Source of the DNA: an uncultured Actinomycetes bacterium
GTDB taxonomy: Bacteria; Actinomycetota; Actinomycetes; UBA12327
NCBI GenBank assembly: GCA_903920865.1
Contig: CAIXNN010000056.1
Coordinates: forward strand, 1 to 62,333
Length of the DNA stretch: 62,333 nucleotides
Direction: 5' to 3'
Numbering within the stretch: the stretch's first letter is position 1; the number at the start of each line of letters is the position of its first letter. A program made the position numbers and the translations under genes. Of the stretch, positions 47,681 to 57,631 are shown in pieces. A model generated the notes under the pieces. That model was not told where the DNA came from and ran no database searches. It worked only from the letters and a program-made list of their open reading frames with translations.

Positions 47681-48916
47681 ATGGACCCATCCCTTGGTGT
47701 CGGAGTTGGTGCTGCGCTTGGAGTCGTCTTAGGCGCAGGTGGATTTGGTATGTACATCGCTGCCAAGCAAACCAAGAATCCGCCCATCAAACCCGTTGGC
47801 GAATCCCAATTGGCTCCTGGGCTTATTGAAGTTCTGGATGCATTGAATGCACCATCAGTTGTAGTCGGGCCAGATGATGTGGTTGTTCGAGCAAGTGGGG
47901 CGGCACACGTTATGGGTCTGGTGCGGGCCGATCGTGTGGTGCCAGCAACGCTGACCGATGCGATCATGAAAGTTCGCCGCGACTTGCGACCGCGCGATCG
48001 TGAAATTGTTCGCGACCCAGCTGTTCGCGATGAGAAGGGTCTGCGCACCGTTGAAGTGCACATCGCACCGCTCAGTCGTGGGTACATTTTGTTGCTTGCT
48101 GTTGACGTCACCGAAGCTAGACGACTGGATACCATCCGCCGCGATTTTGTCGCAAACGTCAGCCATGAGCTGAAGACTCCAACCGGTGCTTTAGCTCTCC
48201 TAGCCGAAGCAGTTGCTGAAGCATCCGATGACCCTGAGGCGATTAAGCGCTTTGCTCAGCGAATGAACCACGAAGCCAATCGACTTGGAAAATTAATCTC
48301 GGAACTTCTTGATCTGACTCGAGTTCAAGATTCAGGCCCGCTTCAAGAACCTGACGAAGTCTCAATGGACGCAGTTATTTCAGACGCCGTTGATCTGACT
48401 CGCATGAGTGCAAGTGTCAGGCAGGTTCAGATTGATATTGCTGGCACTGAAGGACTGACTGCTTATGGCGATCGCGAGCAACTAGTTACCGCCTTGAGCA
48501 ATTTGTTAGTCAATGCCATTGCCTACAGCCCAGAGGGTACGCGGGTTGTGATTACGAGCCGGGCAGATGAGACTCAGGTTGAAGTAGCCGTCACCGACCA
48601 AGGTATTGGAATTCCCGAAGCTGATTTGGACCGTATTTTCGAACGCTTTTATCGTGTTGATCCAGCGCGTTCGCGAGCTACCGGTGGCACCGGTTTGGGG
48701 CTGTCCATTGTTAAGCACGTGGTGGCCAACCATGGTGGCGAGGTTTCGGTGTGGAGCGTGCCCGGTGAGGGTTCGACCTTTACCTTGAAATTGCCGCGCA
48801 CTGCTGATGCAGCAGACCTAGCTACTGCAGGACCGCCTCTGCAGCAGGGCAGCCAGGATCCCAAGGATCAAGGTCCTGATGACAAGCCTCGTGGGCGGAT
48901 CAGGTTGGTCTCATGA
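47681..48916 (+). CDS. senX3: Phosphate-sensing histidine kinase SenX3/PhoR-like
   Basis: N-terminal TM helix, PAS-like region, H-box SHELKTP, N/G boxes (LLVNAIAYS, GGTGLGLSIV). Confidence 0.9.
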   Translation: MDPSLGVGVGAALGVVLGAGGFGMYIAAKQTKNPPIKPVGESQLAPGLIEVLDALNAPSVVVGPDDVVVRASGAAHVMGLVRADRVVPATLTDAIMKVRRDLRPRDREIVRDPAVRDEKGLRTVEVHIAPLSRGYILLLAVDVTEARRLDTIRRDFVANVSHELKTPTGALALLAEAVAEASDDPEAIKRFAQRMNHEANRLGKLISELLDLTRVQDSGPLQEPDEVSMDAVISDAVDLTRMSASVRQVQIDIAGTEGLTAYGDREQLVTALSNLLVNAIAYSPEGTRVVITSRADETQVEVAVTDQGIGIPEADLDRIFERFYRVDPARSRATGGTGLGLSIVKHVVANHGGEVSVWSVPGEGSTFTLKLPRTADAADLATAGPPLQQGSQDPKDQGPDDKPRGRIRLVS

Positions 48917-49593
48917 CCAGGCTTTTAGTCGTTGAAGATGAAGAATCCTTTAGCGAGGCTTTGTCATACATGTTGCGTCGCGAAGGTTATGACGTAGCCG
49001 TTGCCAGCACAGGGCCCGATGCCTTGGAAGAGTTTGATCGCAATGGCGCCGATCTCGTTCTGTTAGACCTGATGTTGCCCGGCTTGTCTGGAACTGAAGT
49101 GTGTCGAGCGCTTCGGGCCAAATCATCGGTGCCGATCATCATGCTCACCGCTAAGGATGCGGAAGTGGACAAAGTGGTCGGCCTAGAAATTGGTGCCGAC
49201 GACTATGTGACCAAGCCTTATTCGAGTCGAGAATTGCTCGCCCGGGTTAAAGCTGTTCTTCGCCGTGGCGGGGAAGTGGAAACAAGTGATGAAGGTGTCA
49301 TTGAAGTTGGCCCGGTGCGAATGGACGTAGAACGTCACACGGTCACGGTGTCAACTAAGGCCGTCAAACTTCCGCTCAAGGAGTTTGACCTGCTGGAGTT
49401 ACTCATGCGAAATGCTGGACGCGTGCTGACCCGTGGGCAACTCATTGACCGTGTGTGGGGCAGCGATTATGTGGGGGATACAAAAACCCTTGATGTTCAC
49501 ATCAAGCGATTGCGCGCGAAGATCGAAGAGGATCCGTCGATGCCGCGCTACCTATTAACGGTGCGAGGATTGGGTTATAAGTTCGACCTCTAG
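48913..49593 (+). CDS. regX3: OmpR-family response regulator RegX3/PhoP-like
   Basis: Receiver domain (DLVLLDLMLPG, LTAKD) plus a winged helix (LTVRGLGYKF). 4-nt overlap with the kinase gene. Confidence 0.92.
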   Translation: MTRLLVVEDEESFSEALSYMLRREGYDVAVASTGPDALEEFDRNGADLVLLDLMLPGLSGTEVCRALRAKSSVPIIMLTAKDAEVDKVVGLEIGADDYVTKPYSSRELLARVKAVLRRGGEVETSDEGVIEVGPVRMDVERHTVTVSTKAVKLPLKEFDLLELLMRNAGRVLTRGQLIDRVWGSDYVGDTKTLDVHIKRLRAKIEEDPSMPRYLLTVRGLGYKFDL

Positions 49594-49625
49594 CCCTTGG
49601 TGCGCGTTTTTCGAGTCAGAAGTTG

Positions 49626-50120
49626 TTATTTTGCTCCGGCCAACGTTGCGGTGTATTCGCCAAGGGCCGGAACCACCGGCACTTCAATGGCCACATCGCC
49701 AGACTTGGTGAAGGTGAAGAGCAGCTTGACTAATCCGCCGGGTTGGCCCTTGAATGCAACCGCTATTGCTGGCCTTTGGTTGCCGGCCGGATTGGGCGCT
49801 CCGAAATATTGAGCACCACGTGGACCTACCACCAACGTTGAGTTGGTCAGGTTGCTGACTTTTCCGGTTGCATCGACCAAGCTCACCGAGGTGACAGTGT
49901 CAATTTGATCGGTCTTATTGACCACAGCACCGGCTAGCGCTGCCTTAGAACCATTGCTGACAATGAGCACGTTCCGGAGCCCGATTTGTGTGCTGTCAGC
50001 GCTTGTTCCATTGCCTGCCCGCGAGAAGTTGTTGACATTTGATTCGGCGCAACTGCTCAGAGTTACACATGCAACAGCTGCAATGACAAAGCAGATCAAG
50101 GTGCGAGAAGTGCGATTCAC
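49626..50120 (-). CDS. Secreted lipoprotein (LpqE-position homologue)
   Basis: Signal peptide plus lipobox (VTLSSC), Ser/Thr/Asn-rich beta-type sequence, placed beside carD as lpqE is in mycobacteria. Confidence 0.65.
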   Translation of the reverse strand: MNRTSRTLICFVIAAVACVTLSSCAESNVNNFSRAGNGTSADSTQIGLRNVLIVSNGSKAALAGAVVNKTDQIDTVTSVSLVDATGKVSNLTNSTLVVGPRGAQYFGAPNPAGNQRPAIAVAFKGQPGGLVKLLFTFTKSGDVAIEVPVVPALGEYTATLAGAK

Positions 50121-50319
50121 GTGAACTCCGAGCCAAATTAAGTAGGTGGTGGAAAGTGTTGTGGCTAAAGACTAACTATGTTCAATTGTGAAAAGTTGCT
50201 GGGGGATTACGTGTCCTAAAACCGTGATTCTCCCGTCCTGACGGCGAATTCAAGCGCACCTCATGAGGAGCAAAAGTGCGGTGGTAGGATGGGGTTCCTT
50301 GGAAAGGGGCATGCCTCTC

Positions 50320-50802
50320 ATGACATTTAAGGTCGGCGACACAGTCGTTTATCCGCACCACGGTGCAGCTCTTATTGAAGCCGTTGAAAAGCGCACAATT
50401 AAGGGCGAGGAGCGTCTCTACCTGGTACTTAAGGTGGCTCAGGGCGACTTGACCGTACGAGTGCCTGCCGACAACGTTGACATGGTCGGCGTTCGAGATG
50501 TTGTAGGCCAAGAGGGTCTGGACCGAGTATTTGATGTCCTGCGGATGCCCTACACCGAAGAGCCCACCAACTGGTCACGCCGCTACAAGGCAAATCTCGA
50601 GAAGCTGGCCTCTGGGGATGTCATCAAGGTTGCTGAAGTTGTTCGTGACCTATGGCGTCGTGAGCAAGACCGAGGCTTGAGTGCCGGCGAAAAGCGTATG
50701 TTGGCTAAGGCCCGTCAGATTCTGGTTTCTGAACTCGCATTGGCTGAGAAGACCAACGAAGACAAGGCAGAAGCAATCCTTGATGAGGTTCTAGCTTCTT
50801 AA
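50320..50802 (+). CDS. carD: RNA-polymerase-binding transcription factor CarD
   Basis: [20 protein letters not shown]... and ...NWSRRYKAN. Internal ATG chosen. Confidence 0.93.
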   Translation: MTFKVGDTVVYPHHGAALIEAVEKRTIKGEERLYLVLKVAQGDLTVRVPADNVDMVGVRDVVGQEGLDRVFDVLRMPYTEEPTNWSRRYKANLEKLASGDVIKVAEVVRDLWRREQDRGLSAGEKRMLAKARQILVSELALAEKTNEDKAEAILDEVLAS

Positions 50803-50821
50803 GGTTGCTCGTAAGGAGCAT

Positions 50822-51523
50822 GTGGTGATCGCTGCCATCATCACCGCAGCAGGTTCTGGTCTTCGTTTAGGACCTGGTGATCCCAAAGCACAGCGCATGG
50901 TGCGTGGCTTGCCGCTCTTTGTGTACTCCTTGCGAACCCTGTGCGCCAATCAATTAATAGATCACATCGTTGTTGTCGTGCGCTCAGATGCTGTCGATGA
51001 GGTGAAGGACTTTATTGCGCACGATCCGATCGCGGGTCCGTCGAGCACTGAAGTCAATGTTGTTGCCGGCGGGGCTACTCGTCAAGAATCGGTGGCACTA
51101 GGGCTTGCCAGTATGGACGCTGGGGTGGATCACGTTTTGGTCCACGATGCCGCTCGGGCGCTGGTTCCGGCCGAAGTGGTGGAGGCCGTTATTGCTCGGT
51201 TGATGGACGGCGCTCTTGCTGTGGTTCCGGTCATTGAAGTCACGGACACGATTCGCTCGCAGGTTGATGGGGTGCTGGGAGTGGTTGTGGATCGAAACAG
51301 TCTGCGTTCGGTCCAAACACCGCAGGGTTTTACTCGTGAGGTGTTGGTGCGTGCTCACCAGAGCGTAGGTGTGGCTGCCACAGACGATGCATCGCTCGTG
51401 GAAGCCTTAGGTGTGCAGGTGGTGGGGGTCAATGGATCACCTGAGGCATTCAAGATCACCTATCCGACAGACCTCATCTTTGCTGAAGCATTAATTGACC
51501 AGCAGGAAGCAGGATCTCGATGA
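50822..51523 (+). CDS. ispD: 2-C-methyl-D-erythritol 4-phosphate cytidylyltransferase
   Basis: [10 protein letters not shown]-loop-like motif, VHDAARAL and VQTPQGF. Confidence 0.9.
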   Translation: MVIAAIITAAGSGLRLGPGDPKAQRMVRGLPLFVYSLRTLCANQLIDHIVVVVRSDAVDEVKDFIAHDPIAGPSSTEVNVVAGGATRQESVALGLASMDAGVDHVLVHDAARALVPAEVVEAVIARLMDGALAVVPVIEVTDTIRSQVDGVLGVVVDRNSLRSVQTPQGFTREVLVRAHQSVGVAATDDASLVEALGVQVVGVNGSPEAFKITYPTDLIFAEALIDQQEAGSR

Positions 51524-52008
51524 CGCAGTTTCGTACCGGTATTGGTGTTGATGTGCATCGCTTGGTAACTGGGCGACCGATGTTTTTAGCCTGCCTTGAG
51601 TGGCCCGATCAGTCCCAAGGACTTGATGGTCATTCTGATGCCGATGTTGCAGCTCATGCTGCCTGTGATGCGTTGTTGTCGGCCGCAGGGTTGGGCGACC
51701 TTGGCTCCATCTTTGGCCTTGACGACCCCAAGTGGTCAGGAGCCTCCGGGGCTTCGTTGCTCGCCCATGTGCTTTCACTGGTTACAGAGGCCGGTTTTGC
51801 CATTGGCAATGTTGCTGTTCAAGTCATCGGCAATGCGCCACGGATGGCAGAGCGAAGGCTCGAAGCTCAAGATGCGATGTCAAAGGCGCTAGGCGGTGCT
51901 GATGTCGGCCTTTCAGCCACCACTACCGATGGCTTGGGATTGACTGGTCGCGGTGAAGGGGTTGCGGCCATTGCCACTGCATTGCTTGTCCCTGCTGGCG
52001 CGCAGTGA
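51520..52008 (+). CDS. ispF: 2-C-methyl-D-erythritol 2,4-cyclodiphosphate synthase
   Basis: [11 protein letters not shown] and [11 protein letters not shown] motifs. Confidence 0.93.
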   Translation: MTQFRTGIGVDVHRLVTGRPMFLACLEWPDQSQGLDGHSDADVAAHAACDALLSAAGLGDLGSIFGLDDPKWSGASGASLLAHVLSLVTEAGFAIGNVAVQVIGNAPRMAERRLEAQDAMSKALGGADVGLSATTTDGLGLTGRGEGVAAIATALLVPAGAQ

Positions 52009-52033
52009 TGTTGGCACTAGGTAAGGTTCAGCG

Positions 52034-53431
52034 GTGAGTCTTCGACTATATGACACCGCTACGCGCTCGGTGCGAGATTTTGTTCCCATTACTGACGGCA
52101 AGGTGGGTATCTACCTCTGCGGCGCCACCGTGCAGGCGCCGCCACATGTTGGCCACATCCGAAGTGGTTTGTGTTTTGACGTTTTGCGTCGTTGGCTTGA
52201 ACACAATGGAAATGACGTCACCTTTGTTCGTAACGTCACTGATGTGGATGACAAGATCATCCATAACGCTGGTCACGAAGATGTCCCCTTTTGGCTGTTG
52301 GCACAGCGTGAGGAACGCTCTTTCAACCGGGCCTATGACGTCTTGGGATGTTTACCTCCCACGGTAGAACCACGGGCTACTGGTCATATTCCGGAAATGA
52401 TTGAACTGATTGCTCGTCTTATTGATGCTGGCCATGCTTATGCAGCTGGTGGAGATGTTTACTTCAAAGTGCGGTCCTTCGATAAATATGGCGCGCTGTC
52501 CGGTCAACGCCTAGATGACATGTTGGCTTCCCCTGATGAGGACACCGCCAAGCTCGATCCGCACGACTTTGCCTTATGGAAGGGCGCCAAGACCGACGAG
52601 CCGTACTGGAATACGCCGTGGGGTCCGGGACGACCTGGGTGGCACATCGAATGTTCAGCTATGGCCGAGAAATACCTTGGTGCCACGTTCGATATTCACG
52701 GTGGCGGACTGGACTTGATTTTTCCGCACCATGAAAATGAAATTGCTCAGAGCCAGGCTGCCGGCGATGGCTTTGCACGTTATTGGTTGCACAACGCTTG
52801 GGTAACCACTGCCGGCGAGAAGATGAGTAAGTCGTTAGGTAACTCGCTTCTGGTCAGCGAAGTTGTGCAACGAGTGCGCCCGATTGAATTGCGTTACTAC
52901 CTGGTTTCTGCCCACTACCGATCCATGATCGAATTCTCTGAAGAAGCGATGCAGGAAGCCGGAACTGGGTTTAGGCGACTTGAAGGCTTCTTAGACAGAG
53001 CCAGTGAACGCGTTGGCGTCATTGAGCCGGGCGATATACCCGAGACGTTCACAGCTGCGATGGATGATGACCTCTCCATTCCGGCAGCGTTGGCTGTGGT
53101 GCATGAATGTGTTACTGAGGGCAACAAGCACCTAGCTGCTGGTTCGCTTGATGAAGTTCGATCATCCGCCGCTAGCGTTCGAGCTATGTTGGCCATTTTG
53201 GGCGTAGACCCTTTCAGTTCAACATGGGCCGCTGCCGGTGGCAACTCTTCCGATATGCGCTCGGCCATTGATGCTTTGGTCGCGGTTGCTCTGGACCAAC
53301 GCAAGGCTGCTCGTGAGCGCAAGGATTATCAGGCTGCCGATTTGATTCGCGATCAACTCGCGGCGGCAGGTATTGCTATTGAAGACACATCGCAGGGGCC
53401 GCGCTGGTCCCTTGAGAACAAGGGAAACTAA
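52034..53431 (+). CDS. cysS: Cysteine-tRNA ligase
   Basis: HVGH (HIGH), KMSKS, and WHIECSAM zinc-site motifs. Confidence 0.95.
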   Translation: MSLRLYDTATRSVRDFVPITDGKVGIYLCGATVQAPPHVGHIRSGLCFDVLRRWLEHNGNDVTFVRNVTDVDDKIIHNAGHEDVPFWLLAQREERSFNRAYDVLGCLPPTVEPRATGHIPEMIELIARLIDAGHAYAAGGDVYFKVRSFDKYGALSGQRLDDMLASPDEDTAKLDPHDFALWKGAKTDEPYWNTPWGPGRPGWHIECSAMAEKYLGATFDIHGGGLDLIFPHHENEIAQSQAAGDGFARYWLHNAWVTTAGEKMSKSLGNSLLVSEVVQRVRPIELRYYLVSAHYRSMIEFSEEAMQEAGTGFRRLEGFLDRASERVGVIEPGDIPETFTAAMDDDLSIPAALAVVHECVTEGNKHLAAGSLDEVRSSAASVRAMLAILGVDPFSSTWAAAGGNSSDMRSAIDALVAVALDQRKAARERKDYQAADLIRDQLAAAGIAIEDTSQGPRWSLENKGN

Positions 53432-54390
53432 TGGCTGGCAACAGCAAGCGCCGTGGCGCGGTTCGCACCAGCAAGAAGGGGCCCACGACAGGTTCAGGTG
53501 GCAAACGTAAGCGAGCTCTTGAAGGTAAAGGCCCAACTCCGAAGGCCTCAGAGCGCAAGGGTCATAGCAAATCCCGACAAAAACGCGCAGCGGAAAAGCG
53601 TGCGAGCAGTCGAGGAACTCGCGGTGCAGGTGGCGGCGCTCGCAAGACCACCAGTGAAATCGTTTTCGGTCGTAACGCGGTTGTTGAAGCACTTCGAGCT
53701 GCAGTTCCGGTGACAGCCCTTTATGTCGCATCACGTATTGACGGCGATGAAAGGGTGCGCGAGGCACTCAAGATTGCAACGAGCCGTGGCTTGCCCTTAC
53801 TTGAAGCTCCACGCGGCGAATTGGATCGACTAGCCGATGGGGGACCACACCAGGGCCTGCTTCTTCAAATGCCTCCGTACGTCTATGCCCAACCAGGGGA
53901 TTTGATTGATGCTGCGCAGGAGCTAGAAACTGGCGGATTGGTGGTTGCTCTCGATGGTGTCACTGATCCGCGCAACCTTGGTGCCATCGTGCGTTCAACG
54001 GCAGCCTTTGGTGGAGTCGGAGTTTTGGTCCCGGAGCGCCGATCAGCAGGAATGACAGCTGGCGCCTGGAAGGCATCTGCCGGTGCAGCGGTGCGAGTTC
54101 CGGTGGCACGGGCAAAGAACCTGACGCGTTCGCTGGAAGATTTCAAGGAAGCGGGTTTTTTTGTTCTCGGTCTTGCTGTCAATGGCGCCATTAACCTAGA
54201 CGAACTTGATATAGACCCAGATCAAGATGTCGTCATTGTGGTCGGATCAGAAGGCAAAGGGCTGACGCGCCTAGTTACTGAAACCTGCGATCAGCTGGTG
54301 GCAATTCCGATGGCCCGTGAAGTTGAGTCTTTGAATGCGAGCGTGGCGACGAGCATCATGATTCATGAACTGAGTCGAAAGCGTCAGTAA
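53431..54390 (+). CDS. rlmB: 23S rRNA (guanosine-2'-O)-methyltransferase RlmB (SpoU/TrmH family) with basic N-terminal extension
   Basis: Lys/Arg-rich N-terminus, then a SpoU_sub_bind and SPOUT domain (VVGSEGKGL, ESLNASVA). TAATG overlap with cysS. Confidence 0.88.
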   Translation: MAGNSKRRGAVRTSKKGPTTGSGGKRKRALEGKGPTPKASERKGHSKSRQKRAAEKRASSRGTRGAGGGARKTTSEIVFGRNAVVEALRAAVPVTALYVASRIDGDERVREALKIATSRGLPLLEAPRGELDRLADGGPHQGLLLQMPPYVYAQPGDLIDAAQELETGGLVVALDGVTDPRNLGAIVRSTAAFGGVGVLVPERRSAGMTAGAWKASAGAAVRVPVARAKNLTRSLEDFKEAGFFVLGLAVNGAINLDELDIDPDQDVVIVVGSEGKGLTRLVTETCDQLVAIPMAREVESLNASVATSIMIHELSRKRQ

Positions 54391-54456
54391 TAGACCAAAC
54401 GACCCATGCAGTGTCTTGCACAAGTCGCTTGGCCAGAGGGGAAGAGGACGCCTGTC

Positions 54457-54942
54457 CTAGTCGCCATCACCTATTTCAAAGGTGTAGGCCTCGTAGAGCA
54501 AATCGGCGCTACGCTGTCTATGGCGAGCAAGCAGTTCAATGATTAAATGTGCCTCATCGCGCAGCGCCGCAATACCTTGTTCAGTCGGTGCGTTGAATGA
54601 CCGATCAGACATGATGATCATTGATGAAGTTCGATCCATCAGAACTTCATGGTCTGCACCTAGGTGCTGAACCTTATTGGCAAGCCGCGGCTGCGCGGTG
54701 ATTATTTCTTTGTGTAACCCAGCGCTGCTCTCCGTTACCGCAATGTGCTCTTCAATATCTTGGCGTAGAGCGCGCAGCGCAACATTGACTGCATCCAGCC
54801 ACACCCCTTCATTCCCCCAATGTGGCTCCGCCAGCGCTTGGGCAAATTCCTTAGCGCTGGCTTGGAGCTCAACCCGACGACACAATGCGCTGTCGAGTAC
54901 ATCGGTGGGGGCATGCGATCCGCTGATCGTTGAAATGCTCAT
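54457..54942 (-). CDS. Hypothetical helical protein
   Basis: About 161-aa ORF rich in His/Glu-containing helices (EEHIAVTE, HLGADHEVL, LLARHRQR). No family recognised. Start uncertain (54942 or 54957). Confidence 0.5.
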   Translation of the reverse strand: MSISTISGSHAPTDVLDSALCRRVELQASAKEFAQALAEPHWGNEGVWLDAVNVALRALRQDIEEHIAVTESSAGLHKEIITAQPRLANKVQHLGADHEVLMDRTSSMIIMSDRSFNAPTEQGIAALRDEAHLIIELLARHRQRSADLLYEAYTFEIGDGD

Positions 54943-55117
54943 GTCACCAACCCCCATTCTGGGAAACTCAGGTGGCTTCCCGTGAGTCCTAATCTGCCGT
55001 CAGAACTGAGCTGAGCGAAAGGGGACTTAGTCACCAGTTAAGGCGATTTTTGGGCACGCCTGCGCGTTGCCTAGACTGTTGCCCGAACCGGGCCGGCTGC
55101 GCTGGCCTTGTTCGCCA

Positions 55118-55190
55118 GCCGACGTGGCGCAATTGGTAGCGCACCTGCCTTGTAAGCAGGGGGTTAGGGGTTCAAGTCCCCTCGTCGGCC
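55118..55190 (+). tRNA. tRNA-Thr (anticodon TGT)
   Basis: Hand-folded cloverleaf. Acceptor GCCGACG/CGTCGGC, D-arm GCGC-AATTGGTA-GCGC, anticodon arm CCTGC-CTTGTAA-GCAGG, T-arm AGGGG-TTCAAGT-CCCCT. CCA is encoded at 55191-55193. Confidence 0.9.
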
Positions 55191-55269
55191 CCATCGAAGT
55201 AAATCCGCGCCCCTTGCTCGCCGCACCCATTTTGGTGCAACCCAGCTGAGGTAGCCCTACTCTGGATTG

Positions 55270-56616
55270 ATGCACGGTTTCAGCGAAGAAAATGAAGTCC
55301 TAGCCCAGCAGATCCTGGACTACGCATTGGATCGGATGAAATTGGATCCGGTCCCCCTTGATGGACCCCAAAGCTATGACCAGTTGTTTGACGCAGTGGG
55401 CCAAACAATTACCACCAATGGAATCGGCGGCGAGCGAGCCCTTGAACTCTTCGATGAGGTGCTATCGCGCGCATGTATTTCGGTAGATCACCCACGCAAT
55501 CTTTCATTCATACCGGCTGCGCCTACTGAAGAGTCAACGTTGTTTGACTTAGTGGTGGGAGCATCGTCGGTTTATGGTGGATCGTGGCTCGAAGGGTCGG
55601 GGGCCGTGTTCGCCGAAAACCAAGCATTGCGATGGTTAGCAGACTTGGCCGGCTTCCCCGATAATGCCGGTGGAGTTTTTGTCCAAGGTGGAACGTTGGG
55701 GAATCTCTCAGCCCTTGTTGCAGCGCGCCATGATGCTGCCGCTCGACGAGGTTCTAGACCCCAGCGTTGGGTGCTTGCCTGCAGCGCGGATGCACATTCA
55801 TCAATTGAGCATGCCGCTCGCGTTATGGATGTCGATATTTTGCGCGTCCCCTCGGATGATTTGGGTCGGCTTACTGGTGAAAACCTCAACATTGCCTTGT
55901 CAGGACGTCAAGAAGACGATGTCTTTGCTGTCCTTGCTACGGGTGGGACGACAAACTATGGCGTGGTTGATGACCTTGAAGGTATTGCTGCTATTTGTCA
56001 GCAGGCAAACATCTGGATGCACGTTGATGGCGCCTATGGATTAGCTGCGCTGGCCGCACCTAGTGTTCGTGAACTTTTTAACGGCATTGAGGGCGCCGAT
56101 TCCTTTATCGTTGATCCGCATAAGTGGCTGTTTGCTCCCTTTGATGCGTGTGCATTGATCTATCGCGATCCTGAACTGGGCAGGGCTGCGCATACTCAAC
56201 ATGCCGGATACCTAGAGGCGATAGCCACCGGTGAATGGAACCCCAGCGACTACGCGGTGCATCTGTCTCGGCGAGCCAGGGGATTGCCCTTTTGGTTCTC
56301 CCTTGCAGCCAATGGCACAGCCGCCTACTCCCAAGCCATCGAGCAGACGTTGACAGTGGCAAGTGAGGCCGTTGAGGTTATTGAGTCCTTGCCCTTTGTC
56401 GAAATGGTGCGCCCTCGTCAACTCTCGGTGGTGGTCTTTCGCCGCATTGGGTGGACTCCGCAGGACTATGAGCAGTGGTCACAGGCGTTACTTAAAGCCC
56501 ACTATGCCTTTGTGACACCAACCAAACATGGTGAAGAGACAGTTGCCCGATTTGCCATAGTTAATCCGCGCACCTGCCGGGAGGACATCGTCGGGATTTT
56601 GCAGACCATGGCCTAA
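55270..56616 (+). CDS. Group II pyridoxal-dependent amino-acid decarboxylase
   Basis: About 448 aa with the PLP-lysine motif DPHKWLFAP, GGTLGNL and TGGTTNYG. Confidence 0.85.
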   Translation: MHGFSEENEVLAQQILDYALDRMKLDPVPLDGPQSYDQLFDAVGQTITTNGIGGERALELFDEVLSRACISVDHPRNLSFIPAAPTEESTLFDLVVGASSVYGGSWLEGSGAVFAENQALRWLADLAGFPDNAGGVFVQGGTLGNLSALVAARHDAAARRGSRPQRWVLACSADAHSSIEHAARVMDVDILRVPSDDLGRLTGENLNIALSGRQEDDVFAVLATGGTTNYGVVDDLEGIAAICQQANIWMHVDGAYGLAALAAPSVRELFNGIEGADSFIVDPHKWLFAPFDACALIYRDPELGRAAHTQHAGYLEAIATGEWNPSDYAVHLSRRARGLPFWFSLAANGTAAYSQAIEQTLTVASEAVEVIESLPFVEMVRPRQLSVVVFRRIGWTPQDYEQWSQALLKAHYAFVTPTKHGEETVARFAIVNPRTCREDIVGILQTMA

Positions 56617-56711
56617 TTTCGGCGCGTACAGACACTGTTTGGCCTAGCGCGCCTCTATGCTCAGGCATGTTGCAATCAGCCTCATGAAGTTTTTGATCGG
56701 TGGGAGTAGTG

Positions 56712-57008
56712 ATGGACTCGGCTAGTGCTCAGTCTCCAGATGCCTTTCCAGGCGCGGGGACGTTGAGTGAACGCGACGAGCGCATTTTGGGTTTTGAGCG
56801 CCAATGGTGGAAATACTCGGGTGCAAAAGAGCAGGCCATTCGTGAACTCTTCGACATGTCGTCAACGCGCTACTACCAAGTTCTCAATGCACTTATCGAT
56901 CGTCCTGAAGCTTTGATGTATGACCCGATGCTCGTGAAGCGTTTGCGACGGATGCGTGCTGAGCGCCAGCGTCAACGTTCAGCACGTCGCTTGGGTTTTG
57001 AAGTTTGA
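56712..57008 (+). CDS. DUF3263 domain protein
   Basis: ERDERILGFERQWWKYSGAKEQAIRELFDMSSTRYYQVLNALID... Confidence 0.8.
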   Translation: MDSASAQSPDAFPGAGTLSERDERILGFERQWWKYSGAKEQAIRELFDMSSTRYYQVLNALIDRPEALMYDPMLVKRLRRMRAERQRQRSARRLGFEV

Positions 57009-57019
57009 GTTAAATCCAG

Positions 57020-57631
57020 ATGTCTGAATCCTCTGGTCAACAACTTCCCGGCAGTCGGCGGGCGGCGCGAAGCGGTCCGACAAGTATCCGTCGAGTCATA
57101 GTTCCTGCACTTCTGGCTATCGCCGCGATTGTCGCGCTGCTAGTGGCATTCAATTCCTGTTCGGATCCCTATGACCAGGGCGCGGGGCTGAAAACCCCCA
57201 TTGGTGAGCCAACATTGAGTCCGACATCCCCGCAGCCCTCGGCTAGTGCCACCAACTCACCCAGTCCTACTGCGTCAACAACACAAAGCCCAAGCCCGAC
57301 TACCCCTACGCCATCTCCAAGTGCCAGTGCTTCAACCACACCCAGTGCCACACCAACGTCGGCTCCTAAGCGTGAAGTTGAAGTGCTCAATGGCACATCA
57401 ACTCCTGGACTGGCTGCCACATATGCGACAAAAGTTCGCCGGGCTGGTTGGACTGTTGCACGGGTGGGTAACTGGAGTGGAGCAAAAGTAACGGCCACAA
57501 CAATTTTCTACCCGGCAGGTTTTAAAGCAAGTGCACAGCGGCTTTCTGATGAGCTCAGCGGAACTCAACAACTGCGTGCGTCATTGGGATCAATGTCATC
57601 GTCGGTCTTGACGATCGTTGTTGCTAATTAA
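57020..57631 (+). CDS. LytR_C domain membrane-anchored protein
   Basis: N-terminal TM helix, a Pro/Ser/Thr linker, and a C-terminal VEVLNGTSTPGLAA....L...G domain. Confidence 0.8.
   Translation: MSESSGQQLPGSRRAARSGPTSIRRVIVPALLAIAAIVALLVAFNSCSDPYDQGAGLKTPIGEPTLSPTSPQPSASATNSPSPTASTTQSPSPTTPTPSPSASASTTPSATPTSAPKREVEVLNGTSTPGLAATYATKVRRAGWTVARVGNWSGAKVTATTIFYPAGFKASAQRLSDELSGTQQLRASLGSMSSSVLTIVVAN

Noticed and set aside
47518-48135. The 206-codon N-terminal extension of the phoU track ORF, which would give a 414-aa protein.
   Set aside because: The extension is antisense to the senX3 coding region and is Arg/Ser/Thr/Pro-rich nonsense. PhoU homology begins at the internal ATG (47517), giving a standard ~208-aa PhoU.
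50182-50511. 109-aa minus-strand ORF overlapping the carD 5' region; mycobacteria have an antisense carD RNA.
   Set aside because: Nothing in the sequence supports a protein here, and an antisense sRNA cannot be inferred without promoter or terminator signals.
55118-56616. tRNA-Thr as a possible integration site, with the downstream PLP decarboxylase as island cargo.
   Set aside because: There is no integrase, excisionase or phage gene. I did not find a direct repeat of the tRNA 3' end downstream, and the flanking genes are ordinary housekeeping types.
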